A stretch of DNA of 64,000 bases from Candidatus Bathyarchaeia archaeon. GTDB lineage: Archaea; Thermoproteota; Bathyarchaeia; Bathyarchaeales; Bathycorpusculaceae. Made by a program: the position numbers and the translations under genes. The stretch covers positions 40,658 through 104,657 of the forward strand of contig JBEKOM010000005.1 of NCBI GenBank assembly GCA_049521795.1. Direction: 5' to 3'. Of this stretch, positions 1 to 8,935 are shown piece by piece. The notes beneath the pieces were generated by a model, which did no database searches, was not told where the DNA came from, and saw only the letters and a program-made list of their open reading frames with translations. The first letter of the stretch is position 1. Every line of letters begins with the position of its first letter.

Positions 1-473
1 AATACAAGCTTGACACGACGTTCGAGAAAATATTCAACGAGAAAGAAGAGATCATGTTCAAACTGCTCGAAATGGACACTCAGCCAGTAAAGGGAGTCAT
101 TGAGTTAATCTGTAAGCTGAAAGAAGAGCATGTGAAGTTAGCAGTGGCTTCGAGTTCGCATAGGAGATTGGTTCAGTACGTCTTGAGAAAGCTGGAGATT
201 ACCGAGCTTTTTGATTCAATAATCACCGCGGAAGACGTTGCACACGGCAAACCGGACCCAGAGATATTCTTGATGTCCGCAAAGAGGTTGAAGGTCAGTC
301 CGGCTGAATGTTTGGTGGTTGAGGATGCAAAGTTGGGCGTAGAAGCCGCGAAAAAGGCGGGGATGAAATGCCTAGGTTACAGAAATCCGCACAGTGGAAA
401 TCAAGACTTGTCAAAGGCGGACATCGTGACGGATGACTTCTCCAGCCTAGACGTTCAGAAACTGCTTTCGTGA
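1..473 (+). CDS. HAD-family phosphatase (beta-phosphoglucomutase/CbbY-like), 5' end outside window
   Basis: Motifs II-IV seen (VASSS, GKPDPEIF, VVEDAKLGVEAAKKAGM). The frame is open back to position 3, so motif I (DxD) lies upstream of the window. Confidence 0.85.
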   Translation, partial: YKLDTTFEKIFNEKEEIMFKLLEMDTQPVKGVIELICKLKEEHVKLAVASSSHRRLVQYVLRKLEITELFDSIITAEDVAHGKPDPEIFLMSAKRLKVSPAECLVVEDAKLGVEAAKKAGMKCLGYRNPHSGNQDLSKADIVTDDFSSLDVQKLLS

Positions 474-497
474 ACACGCGATTGGAGCCAGAAGCAA

Positions 498-1364
498 ATG
501 ACAGAAAGACTCACAAAGGTTGAGTTTAGCAACTTGGAGAAGGTCCTGTATCCTGAACTGAAGGTCACGAAAGCGCAGGTCATCGAATACTACATCAAGG
601 TAGCTCCGAAAATGCTGAATCTGCTGACTGACAGACCGATAGTCATGACGAGGTTTCCCAACGGCATAGATAAGGAGGGATTCTATGAGAAAGACGCTCC
701 GCAGGGCACGCCGGCTTGGGTGAAAACGTTCAGAAGATACTCTGAGACCGCAGAGCGAGAGATAAACTACGTACTCTGCAATAATCTTGACACGCTTCTA
801 TGGTTGGCAAACCTTGCCTCCTTAGAAATTCACATGACACTTTCGAAAGCAGACTCTTTTGAAAACCCAGACCTCGTCGTGTTTGACCTAGACCCGAAAC
901 CTCCAGCGGATTATGACGACGTCGTCGAGGTTGCTCTCATGATAAAAGAGAGACTGGACGACCTGAGCTTGACGTCTTACGTCAAAACTTCCGGAAAAAA
1001 GGGGCTCCACATCATCCTGCCCATCGTTAAGGGCTACACTTTCCAGCAGACCAGAGAATTCGTCCAAAAGATCGCGGCATACGTGGGAAAACAGACTGAG
1101 AAAGTCGTTGCACAGCGTTCTAAGTCAGACACGCCTGGAAAAGTCTACTTAGACTACGTGCAGAACTCGCATGGAAGGACGATGGTTTGTCCGTACAGCA
1201 CGAGAGCTACACCGCGAGCCACGGTGTCAACGCCGCTTGAATGGAGCGACGTTAAGAAAGGATTAAACCCAGAAGAATTCAATCTGTTCAGCGTGGTTAA
1301 GGTCTCCAAGAGTCCTTGGGAAGGATTGTTGGAGAACATGCAGAAGTTGGAGGCGAATGGATAA
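498..1364 (+). CDS. ligD: Stand-alone LigD-type NHEJ primase-polymerase (PolDom)
   Basis: SNLEKVLYP, RFPNG..FYEK, PDLVVFDLDP, KTSGKKGLH, VYLDYVQN and PYSTR motifs. Confidence 0.93.
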   Translation: MTERLTKVEFSNLEKVLYPELKVTKAQVIEYYIKVAPKMLNLLTDRPIVMTRFPNGIDKEGFYEKDAPQGTPAWVKTFRRYSETAEREINYVLCNNLDTLLWLANLASLEIHMTLSKADSFENPDLVVFDLDPKPPADYDDVVEVALMIKERLDDLSLTSYVKTSGKKGLHIILPIVKGYTFQQTREFVQKIAAYVGKQTEKVVAQRSKSDTPGKVYLDYVQNSHGRTMVCPYSTRATPRATVSTPLEWSDVKKGLNPEEFNLFSVVKVSKSPWEGLLENMQKLEANG

Positions 1365-2161
1365 TGACTGATGTAGAGAAAACCCGAGTGCGCAGAACGT
1401 CCATCTGGAGTGGCACGGTAACGATAGGGCTAGTCAACGTGCCCGTTAGGTTGCAGGCCATGATTTTTGACAAGAGCGTTACCTTCAAGTTCCTTCACAA
1501 GACCGATAATTCCCCCCTGAAGTACGAGAAAGTCTGCATCAAAGAAGACAAGGTCGTGCCCTGGCAAGATGTCGTCAAAGGGTACGAGGTCAGAAAGGGC
1601 GAATTCGTTGTATTCACCAACGATGAGCTGAAGGCGGCCAGGCCGGAGTCTGACCAGAGGATTCGCATCGACAAATTCATCGATTACTTTTCAATTGACC
1701 CTGTTTACTTTGACAGGTCATACATCCTGACCCCTGACAAGAGCAACGATGCTTACAGCCTGCTGCTAACGGCTCTGGAAAAGATGGGCAAAGCGGGAGT
1801 TGGCAGAATAACGCTGAGGACAAAGGAGTACCCAGTCCTGGTGCACCCCTACAAGGATGCCCTAGTTTTGACCACTCTGCGCTACGCGTTCGAGGTTGCT
1901 GACCCAGCAAAACTAGAAGAGATCGGCAAACTCCAGGAACCCAAGAAAGAAGAGCTCGACCTCGCAAAGAAAATAGTCACCGATCTGTCAGGAGAGTTTG
2001 ACATAACCGAGTACAGAGACACGTTCAAAGAGAAGATCGATGAACTGGTTCAGAAGAAGACGAAAGGTGAAACCATCACCGTTGAGAAGCCCGTGAAAGA
2101 GGAAGCCAAAGAACTGATGGTCGCGCTGCAAGAGACGCTTAAACAGCTGAAAAAGAAATGA
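1364..2161 (+). CDS. ku: Prokaryotic Ku DNA end-binding protein
   Basis: IWSGTVTIGLVNVPVRL, VKGYEV, IDPVYFDRSY and LTTLRY. ATG at 1364 overlaps the upstream stop (TAATG). Confidence 0.95.
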   Translation: MTDVEKTRVRRTSIWSGTVTIGLVNVPVRLQAMIFDKSVTFKFLHKTDNSPLKYEKVCIKEDKVVPWQDVVKGYEVRKGEFVVFTNDELKAARPESDQRIRIDKFIDYFSIDPVYFDRSYILTPDKSNDAYSLLLTALEKMGKAGVGRITLRTKEYPVLVHPYKDALVLTTLRYAFEVADPAKLEEIGKLQEPKKEELDLAKKIVTDLSGEFDITEYRDTFKEKIDELVQKKTKGETITVEKPVKEEAKELMVALQETLKQLKKK

Positions 2162-3552
2162 ACAGGCACTACAAGCCGATGCTTGCACAGTCCGCAGAAG
2201 CCCCGTTTAACTCAAAGGACTGGATCTTCGAAGTAAAATGGGACGGAATCAGAGCAATCAGCTACGTCGACGACGATCTGAGCATCAGGAGCCGCAATGA
2301 TAAGGAATTGAGGTACAACTTTCCCGAGTTGGAAGAGCTCAAAAACCTTGCAACCAACGCCGTGCTCGACGGCGAAATCATCGTCATGAAAGCAGGCAGC
2401 ACAGACTTTCAAAAACTCATAGAAAGGAGCAAGGTGAATTCCCAGCGGGACATCGAGTACATGTCACGCGAATTCCCAGCAACTTACGTTGTTTTCGACA
2501 TACTAGAAACCCATGGCAAACCTCTCATCAACCTTCCCCTAATCGAGAGAAAAAGCATTCTCAAGGAAAACTTGAGGGAAGGAAAACACGTTACCACATC
2601 TTTGTTCGTTGAGGAAGAAGGCGAGATTTACTACCAGGAAGCCCTCAAAAAAGGCGTAGAAGGGATAATGGCAAAGAAAAAGGACAGCCCATACACGCCT
2701 GGAATGCGCAGCGACAACTGGCTGAAGATAAAGAAGCTGCTCTCCTGCGATTGCGTGATTTTCGGGTACACTGCAGGAGAAGGAAACAGAGAAGAAACAT
2801 TTGGAGCACTTGTCCTGGGACTGTATGAAAGGGACAAACCAGCGTACGTTGGCAAGGTTGGAACGGGCTTCTCACTGACTAGCATGAAGCATCTGATGGA
2901 ACTCTTCCGAAGATTGGAGACACAGGAGAAGACGCTTGAAGGAGTCGATGCTTCTGAAAAGGTCACTTGGCTCAAACCGGAGCTCGTGTGTGAAATTGTC
3001 TATCAGACTGTGACGAAGGATAACAGGCTACGCATGCCCAGATTTCACGTTCTCAGACCTGACAAGTCTCCGCTCGAATGTACCTTAGACCAGATAAGGC
3101 AGAATAGCCTCCCTGAATACACCGCAAAAAGAGACTTCACAGTCACGCCTGAACCAAAGGTAGGCGCGAAGGCAACGGAAGGACAGGTCTTCGTCGTGCA
3201 GGAACATCATGCTAGAAGATTGCATTATGACCTTCGCTTGGAAAAGGAAGGTGTCCTGAAGAGCTGGGCGGTGCCGAAGGGCATTCCTGAGAAGGCTGGC
3301 GACAAGAGGCTCGCTGTTCACACGGAGGATCACCCGTTGGAATACGCCAACTTTGAGGGAACGATACCTGCGGGGCAGTACGGAGCTGGAACAGTGAAGA
3401 TTTGGGACAGAGGGACTTTCGATGTGAAACTCTGGAAAGAGGACATGGTCGAGTTCACTCTGAAGGGAGACAGGCTTCGCGGAAAATACGTTCTGACAAA
3501 GTTCAAGAAAGCAGGGGACAATGATTGGCTTCTGCTGAGGATGAAAGACTGA
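2158..3552 (+). CDS. ligD: ATP-dependent DNA ligase (LigD ligase domain) fused to C-terminal LigD 3'-phosphoesterase domain
   Basis: Ligase motifs EVKWDGIRA, LDGEII, YVVFDIL, EGIMAKK, WLKIK. PE motifs KRDF..TPEP, FVVQEHHARRLHYDLRLE, SWAVPKG, EDHP, YGAGTVKIWDRG. ATGA overlap with ku. Confidence 0.93.
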   Translation: MNRHYKPMLAQSAEAPFNSKDWIFEVKWDGIRAISYVDDDLSIRSRNDKELRYNFPELEELKNLATNAVLDGEIIVMKAGSTDFQKLIERSKVNSQRDIEYMSREFPATYVVFDILETHGKPLINLPLIERKSILKENLREGKHVTTSLFVEEEGEIYYQEALKKGVEGIMAKKKDSPYTPGMRSDNWLKIKKLLSCDCVIFGYTAGEGNREETFGALVLGLYERDKPAYVGKVGTGFSLTSMKHLMELFRRLETQEKTLEGVDASEKVTWLKPELVCEIVYQTVTKDNRLRMPRFHVLRPDKSPLECTLDQIRQNSLPEYTAKRDFTVTPEPKVGAKATEGQVFVVQEHHARRLHYDLRLEKEGVLKSWAVPKGIPEKAGDKRLAVHTEDHPLEYANFEGTIPAGQYGAGTVKIWDRGTFDVKLWKEDMVEFTLKGDRLRGKYVLTKFKKAGDNDWLLLRMKD

Positions 3553-3553
3553 C

Positions 3554-4300
3554 ATGAAAAACGTTCACGTTGGAACTATGGGCTGGAGCTACGGCTTCTG
3601 GGTTGGAAACTTCTATCCTAGAGGCCTTAGGCCGAGCGAGTTTTTGGCCCAGTACTCGAAGCATTTTGGAACGGTGGAAGTGAACAACACGTTCTACAGA
3701 GTTCCCAGCGAAAGCACTCTCTTGAAATGGAGGGAACAGACGCCCGAAGGTTTTCTGTTCTCCGCGAAGTTCCCCCAAGTCATAACGCACAGGAAAATGC
3801 TGAAAAACTGCGAGTCTGAAACGCAGTTTTTCATCGAAAGAATCTCCGTTCTACAAGAAAAGGTTGGGGCCCTTCTTTTACAGTTTCCACCCGCGTTTGG
3901 ACCGAAAGAAGCCACTCTTCTGGGAGATTTTCTAACCATGCTGCCGAAGAAGTACAGGTACGCCGTGGAAGTAAGAAACAAGAAATTGCTTGGCGACAAG
4001 CTCTTCTCTCTTCTGAAAGAGAACGGAGTCGCCCTCGCCATAAATCCTCTCATGCCCGAGACAGAGCAGATCACAACTGACTTTGCCTACATAAGATGGG
4101 AAGGAGACAGGAGAAAAGTGAACGGCGCACTTGGAAAGCTAGAGGTCGATAGGACAGACGACATCAAAAAGTGGGCAACGAGGATCAGCAAATTCCTCGG
4201 CGAAACAAAAGAAGTATTTGGATATTTCAGTAAATACTATTCGGGTCATCCTCCTACAGACGCAAGACAATTCGTCGAATTGCTCGGCCTAGTCAGCTGA
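3554..4300 (+). CDS. DUF72 (YecE-like) TIM-barrel protein
   Basis: HVGTMGWSY..W...FYP, TVEVNNTFY, FSAKFP..ITH, LLQFPP and AVEVR. Confidence 0.9.
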   Translation: MKNVHVGTMGWSYGFWVGNFYPRGLRPSEFLAQYSKHFGTVEVNNTFYRVPSESTLLKWREQTPEGFLFSAKFPQVITHRKMLKNCESETQFFIERISVLQEKVGALLLQFPPAFGPKEATLLGDFLTMLPKKYRYAVEVRNKKLLGDKLFSLLKENGVALAINPLMPETEQITTDFAYIRWEGDRRKVNGALGKLEVDRTDDIKKWATRISKFLGETKEVFGYFSKYYSGHPPTDARQFVELLGLVS

Positions 4301-4373
4301 AAATGAAGGGATTCGCGTATCCAAAGTGCTTTATAATGCAGCAGAACCATTCTAGCCCCAAGGAGGTTGATGC

Positions 4374-4736
4374 ATGCCAAGAGTTATCCACTTTGAAATT
4401 AATGCAGACGACCCAAAGAGAGCCGTAGAGTTCTACGAAAAGGTGTTCGGCTGGAAGATTAACAAATGGGAAGGACCCGCCGAGTATTGGCTTGTCAGCA
4501 CTGGCGATGAGAAAGAGCCCGGCATCGGCGGAGCAATCATGGAACGGATGGACAAAGCAACGACGGTCAACACGATAGACGTACCGTCAGTCGACGAGTA
4601 CGTTAAGAAGGTCGTGAAGGCTGGTGGAAAACAGGTGAGCAAGAAGAACACGATTCCGGGCATCGGCTATTTTGCATACTGCGCGGACACCGAGGGAAAC
4701 GTCTTCGGAGTTATGGAACCAAACCCCAGAGCATAG
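4374..4736 (+). CDS. VOC/glyoxalase family protein
   Basis: VIHFEI..DDPKRAVEFYEKVFGW and DTEGNVFGV. SD-like GGAGGT upstream. Confidence 0.9.
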   Translation: MPRVIHFEINADDPKRAVEFYEKVFGWKINKWEGPAEYWLVSTGDEKEPGIGGAIMERMDKATTVNTIDVPSVDEYVKKVVKAGGKQVSKKNTIPGIGYFAYCADTEGNVFGVMEPNPRA

Positions 4737-4917
4737 ACTCAATTTTAGTTTTAGGGATGCAGTTTACCCCAAATCCAATGGACGACCAAAGTAACGGTGG
4801 GTTGCCAGACCGTTTACTCTTCATCAACTCGCGCGTGCTGTCCAATCACCTAACGTCGTCAGCTTTAAATCTGTCAGGACTTGACTGCTACGTGAGTTCT
4901 GATATGCCGAGAAGGTC

Positions 4918-5685
4918 GTGACATTTGTTATGCCAAAGAGAGACCATGTTATGAAACAGTGGGACGACGCAGCCGAATCATGGGTTGACTTTGTAAGGAA
5001 AGGTAAGGACTATTACAGAGACGAACTTAACAACCCTGCAGCTTTCAGATTAATAGGAAACGTGAAAGGTCAAATGGTGCTGGACCTAGCCAGCGGCGAG
5101 GGATACAACGCTCGAATACTAGCTAGAAAAGGCGCCAAAGTGACTGGAGCAGATTTTTCGGCAAAATTAGTCGAGCTTGCCAGAATCGAGGAAGCAAGAG
5201 AGAAGCTGGGCATAGACTATCATATTGCGGATGCTACTGACCTCTCAAGGTTTCCGAGCCATTATTTTGATCTCGTGACTTGTTTTATGGCTTTACAGGA
5301 CATCAAGAACTACAAGAGAGCAGTGTTTGAAGTGGCAAGGGTCCTGAAAAACAGAGGCCGGCTCGTGTTTTCAATTCCTCACCCGTGTTTTGAAATGGTA
5401 GTTGACAAGAAAGGAAATAGAATAAGCGCAACAACGAGATATTTTGAAGCTGCTGAGGACCATATTCAATGGAAAATGGACAGGCTCCTGAAGCCATTCG
5501 AGACTACAAGCTTCCACAGAACATTAACTGATTATTTCAACGTGCTTAGTAAGAATAGACTTCTTGTAAAGAGTCTTGTGGAGCCACAACCCACAAAAGA
5601 AGCGATTTCAAAATATCCAACCCTCAAAGAAGTTCTTCTCAGACCACAATCAGTGATAATGGAATCAGTTAAGATGCCAATCTGA
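4918..5685 (+). CDS. Class I SAM-dependent methyltransferase
   Basis: VLDLASGEG motif I, FDLVTC, RVLKNRGRLVFSIPHP. The true start may be a downstream ATG. Confidence 0.88.
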   Translation: MTFVMPKRDHVMKQWDDAAESWVDFVRKGKDYYRDELNNPAAFRLIGNVKGQMVLDLASGEGYNARILARKGAKVTGADFSAKLVELARIEEAREKLGIDYHIADATDLSRFPSHYFDLVTCFMALQDIKNYKRAVFEVARVLKNRGRLVFSIPHPCFEMVVDKKGNRISATTRYFEAAEDHIQWKMDRLLKPFETTSFHRTLTDYFNVLSKNRLLVKSLVEPQPTKEAISKYPTLKEVLLRPQSVIMESVKMPI

Positions 5686-5898
5686 GCAAACATCGTTTCT
5701 AGGTTTGGGGACAAGATTTTGCCCTCAAATTCTGTTCTGGGAAATTCATGTAGACTTTGAGCTACAAGTCTTCGCGACCAGGTCGGTACTTCACTGATTT
5801 CACTTTTTCTGGGCGCAGCAGTGCTGGGACTCATTTTAACACAGAACTCCAGGATCTACTGCAGAATGATTGACGTGCATTTGCAGGCAATGGATTGA

Positions 5899-6333
5899 TT
5901 AGAACTGCTTTGGTTTTTGTCTTGTGTAGACTTCTATCACGTAGTTATCTGGGTCGCAGAATGACACAGCATTGTATCCTGGCTCGAATTCAGGGTGCTC
6001 TTCGCATGGGAACAGGGCTTTAAACCCTTTCTTCTTCATTTCTCTCTCGATATCAAAAACGGCTTTCTTGTCGGGAAGGAGGATCGCTAGGTGATCAGTT
6101 ACAACGAACTCTTCCCCAGTCGGAGCTTTGCGCCTAACCCTTGGTTCCCGTAAGGCACTCACCCAAACTGAGAAATTCTGGTTAGAGAATCCTATCCCTT
6201 CTTCAGTGTCCATCATGACGCTGAAGCCTAGCCCTGCCAGCAAAGCCTCGTAAAACCTCTTGGAACTGCTCAGGTTCGAGACTTCGATTCCAACATGACC
6301 AACAACTGCTCGAGTTTGCTTGTCTGAAACCAT
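5899..6333 (-). CDS. VOC/glyoxalase family protein
   Basis: GHVGIEVSNL..SKRFY, HLAI and FCDPDNYVIEV. Confidence 0.85.
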   Translation of the reverse strand: MVSDKQTRAVVGHVGIEVSNLSSSKRFYEALLAGLGFSVMMDTEEGIGFSNQNFSVWVSALREPRVRRKAPTGEEFVVTDHLAILLPDKKAVFDIEREMKKKGFKALFPCEEHPEFEPGYNAVSFCDPDNYVIEVYTRQKPKQF

Positions 6334-7000
6334 AGTGTCACCCTATTACACCGATTGATGCGGCTTCTTCACCTCATATAACTTTTATGTCGATGAAGGT
6401 TCTATCTGATGATCGCGTCAAGCGTGCGACTTGCGCAGCAATGAATTCAAGATCTTGGTCGATCTCCAAGATCTAGATACATGCCAAAGAATTTTTCGCT
6501 TCCTTGCAGTACGAGCTTTCTGAGTTTTTCTGTGCACTGCTCTTTCCTTGACTTGTCTTTCCAAGAGCGTTCAGGTTAGTTCCAAAAAGGGAGATTTTTT
6601 TGAAAAATGGCAAATAATGAGTCGGGAGAAATGAAGTGTCCTTAGCAAATCCCCATTTTCCTAATTCATGGGGTCTGATGGGTAAAAAGTCTTAAAACCT
6701 TCACCGTCCACTATTGGAATGGCAAATGCTGCGTAGTGGAGATTTGTGTATGCCTTCATTGAAGAAGAAGAATGTTGGGAAGAAGAAAAAACACGAGGAC
6801 AAGATTGGCAAATAGTGGATTTCACGTTTGCCTTTTGTGCTGGTCTTCGTCGTTCATATGCCATGTCGTTGACGAGGGTTACCTATTCAGAAATATAGTC
6901 GTTCGCGCGTCAGCTGCAAATCGCTGTCTACGAGAGTCTCCTTTTCAGATTTTGCCGCTGGAGATATATTAAAGACACGACAACCATTTGACTAATCCGC

Positions 7001-7381
7001 ATGAATTGCTATGGGGCTGAGTGCACGGAGACCTTAACGATGATTATTAGCAGTTCTCCTTACGGAGATGAAAGAATCTGGAATGCCCTGAGGCTGGCGG
7101 AAGCGCTGTGTTGCATCGGAGCAAAGATGAAGATCAACATTTTCCTGATAGGCGACGCCGTAAACGCTGCTAAGAAGGGACAAAAACCTCCTAAAGGCTT
7201 CTACAACATCGAGAAAATGCTTGCGGACCTTGTCAAGGCAGGCGTGAATACCCGCGTTTGCCACACAAGCATGAACTTGAGAGGGCTTACGGAACAAGAC
7301 TTGGTCAAAGGAACAAAAATGGGTACAATCACAGAACTGTCTAAGTGGATACATCAATCACAAAAGGTCATATCCTTCTAG
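7001..7381 (+). CDS. DsrE/YchN family sulfur-relay protein
   Basis: SSPYGDERIWNALRLA, IFLIGDAV, conserved Cys in VCHTS..RGL. TATA-like TATATTAA about 30 nt upstream. Confidence 0.85.
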   Translation: MNCYGAECTETLTMIISSSPYGDERIWNALRLAEALCCIGAKMKINIFLIGDAVNAAKKGQKPPKGFYNIEKMLADLVKAGVNTRVCHTSMNLRGLTEQDLVKGTKMGTITELSKWIHQSQKVISF

Positions 7382-7670
7382 AGCAATAGTGTGCGCCCGT
7401 GGTTTTGGAGCCCAGTTCTACCCGAGACAAGTATAGATACCGAGCAAAAGACGAAATCTAGTTTCGCCTTCCTGGAGTTACTCAAAAGAGGAAGTCAGAT
7501 AGCCTGGGAAAAATGATCTCTTGCCCTCCGTCCGACTACGGCGACGTGAAGTCCGCCCAAGAAAGGACCAAAATCAGAATGCTAGGGACGAAATGTCAGC
7601 GAGACATTTACTCAGGTTATGAGAAATCTTATAAGAAAGTAACAAAGAAGTTGAAGGAACAGGGAAACAA

Positions 7671-8141
7671 ATGAAACTGAACTATATTGGCATCGTTGGT
7701 GCAATAATAGCTTTTGTCAGCATCGCACTTCCATGGTGGACAGAGTCTGCAGGAGGGTTGAGCTACGACCTGAAGTTATATGACGCAGGAATTCTAGGTG
7801 CAACATTGAACTACTGGTACGGCTGGGTGGCCCTCCTGTTTGTCGTATTAGGCGGAGTACTAGGATTAGCGGGCAGCGTAATGTCAAACGGAAAAAGGAT
7901 AGTAATGGGAGGCGGCATACTCGCATTGATTGCGATAATAATCTTTCCAGTAGGCTTTCAAATGGACCTCATGCGTTTGAACGCTACAATCAGCATATTC
8001 AATAGCGGCACTGTCTCAGCGTATCTATCCTATGGCTTCTGGTTGGCGCTCGTTGCAGCAATCATCATGCTCGTAGCCATGCGCTATCCGAAACCCACTG
8101 CTCAGGCACCATCCGCGCCACCGCCAACCCCGACAACGTAG
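7671..8141 (+). CDS. Four-TM membrane protein with Pro-rich C-terminal tail
   Basis: Four hydrophobic segments, LPWW and YGFWLAL motifs, PSAPPPTP tail. Confidence 0.75.
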   Translation: MKLNYIGIVGAIIAFVSIALPWWTESAGGLSYDLKLYDAGILGATLNYWYGWVALLFVVLGGVLGLAGSVMSNGKRIVMGGGILALIAIIIFPVGFQMDLMRLNATISIFNSGTVSAYLSYGFWLALVAAIIMLVAMRYPKPTAQAPSAPPPTPTT

Positions 8142-8895
8142 AAATCCGCAGACATCAACTGACTCGTCACATTTAGTCAACCCCACTTTTTTCATGCACT
8201 CAGACGCAGAGGACAAGCTGAACGTGGGGTTTGTTTTGCGGAAAGTTATTTCTCAAACCTAATCTCGCGATATTTGCTCAACCAGACGAGCCCACAAGAA
8301 CACAGCTGAACTTCTAACACTTGAGCAAGCCTGCTAATTCATAACGCGGACCAACATCAACTTCGCTCACTATTTCTCTTGCCCGCGAAAATTCAAAGAT
8401 CCTTGGCTTCCAAGGCGATTGTCTCACATTCCGCAGAACCCACGCCAACAGTGCAACTCCTTCACAAATCAGCGCTCCGATCTCTCCAATTTTTCTGCCA
8501 GTTCTTCACAATTCAACCTTCCTTGAAACGCACTCGTTCAGACCTCAGATCAATCAGCATGAGAAAGAAGGGATCAGAGTGAAGCGGCATCAAAAAGTAA
8601 CTACCCTTGCCCAGGCCTCTGCTGAGTGCTCTGCATGCACTCGGCTTCAAGCCCGTACAAATCCGCTCGGGCCTTCCGCAAGGTCTACGCGCAGTACTAA
8701 CATCCTAGGGGGAGGGGGTGAAATAGACAAGGTCAAGACGCGAATACAGGGATGTAGCGCATGTTCCCGTTCTCGCCATCGTGAGTTGTGAATTAGCGTT
8801 GTTCAAGGAAAGAGAAACAGAAAAGGATTAATGCACGGTTGAAGAGGTATTATGCGGTGTCTGAAATGAGGAATAGCGTTCTCTGTTCGTAAGAA

Positions 8896-8909
8896 CAAAA
8901 CCTTTAATA
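8896..8909 (+). promoter_or_regulatory. BRE/TATA promoter of leuS
   Basis: CAAAA-CC-TTTAATA ending 27 nt before the ATG, consistent with an essentially leaderless transcript. Confidence 0.5.
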
Positions 8910-8935
8910 CTAAACATCCCAACTCAGACAGTTTC

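Noticed and set aside
1316-1363. Longer N-terminus of Ku from the ORF track
   Set aside because: It overlaps the PolDom coding end. The TAATG-coupled ATG at 1364 fits Ku homologues better.
7025-7027. ACG start for the DsrE gene
   Set aside because: The in-frame ATG at 7001 sits the right distance from a TATA box for leaderless translation, so no non-canonical start is needed.
8142-8880. Short ORFs and a strong SD-like GGGGGTGA in the gap before leuS
   Set aside because: No standard start after the SD and no recognisable protein; probably decayed sequence.
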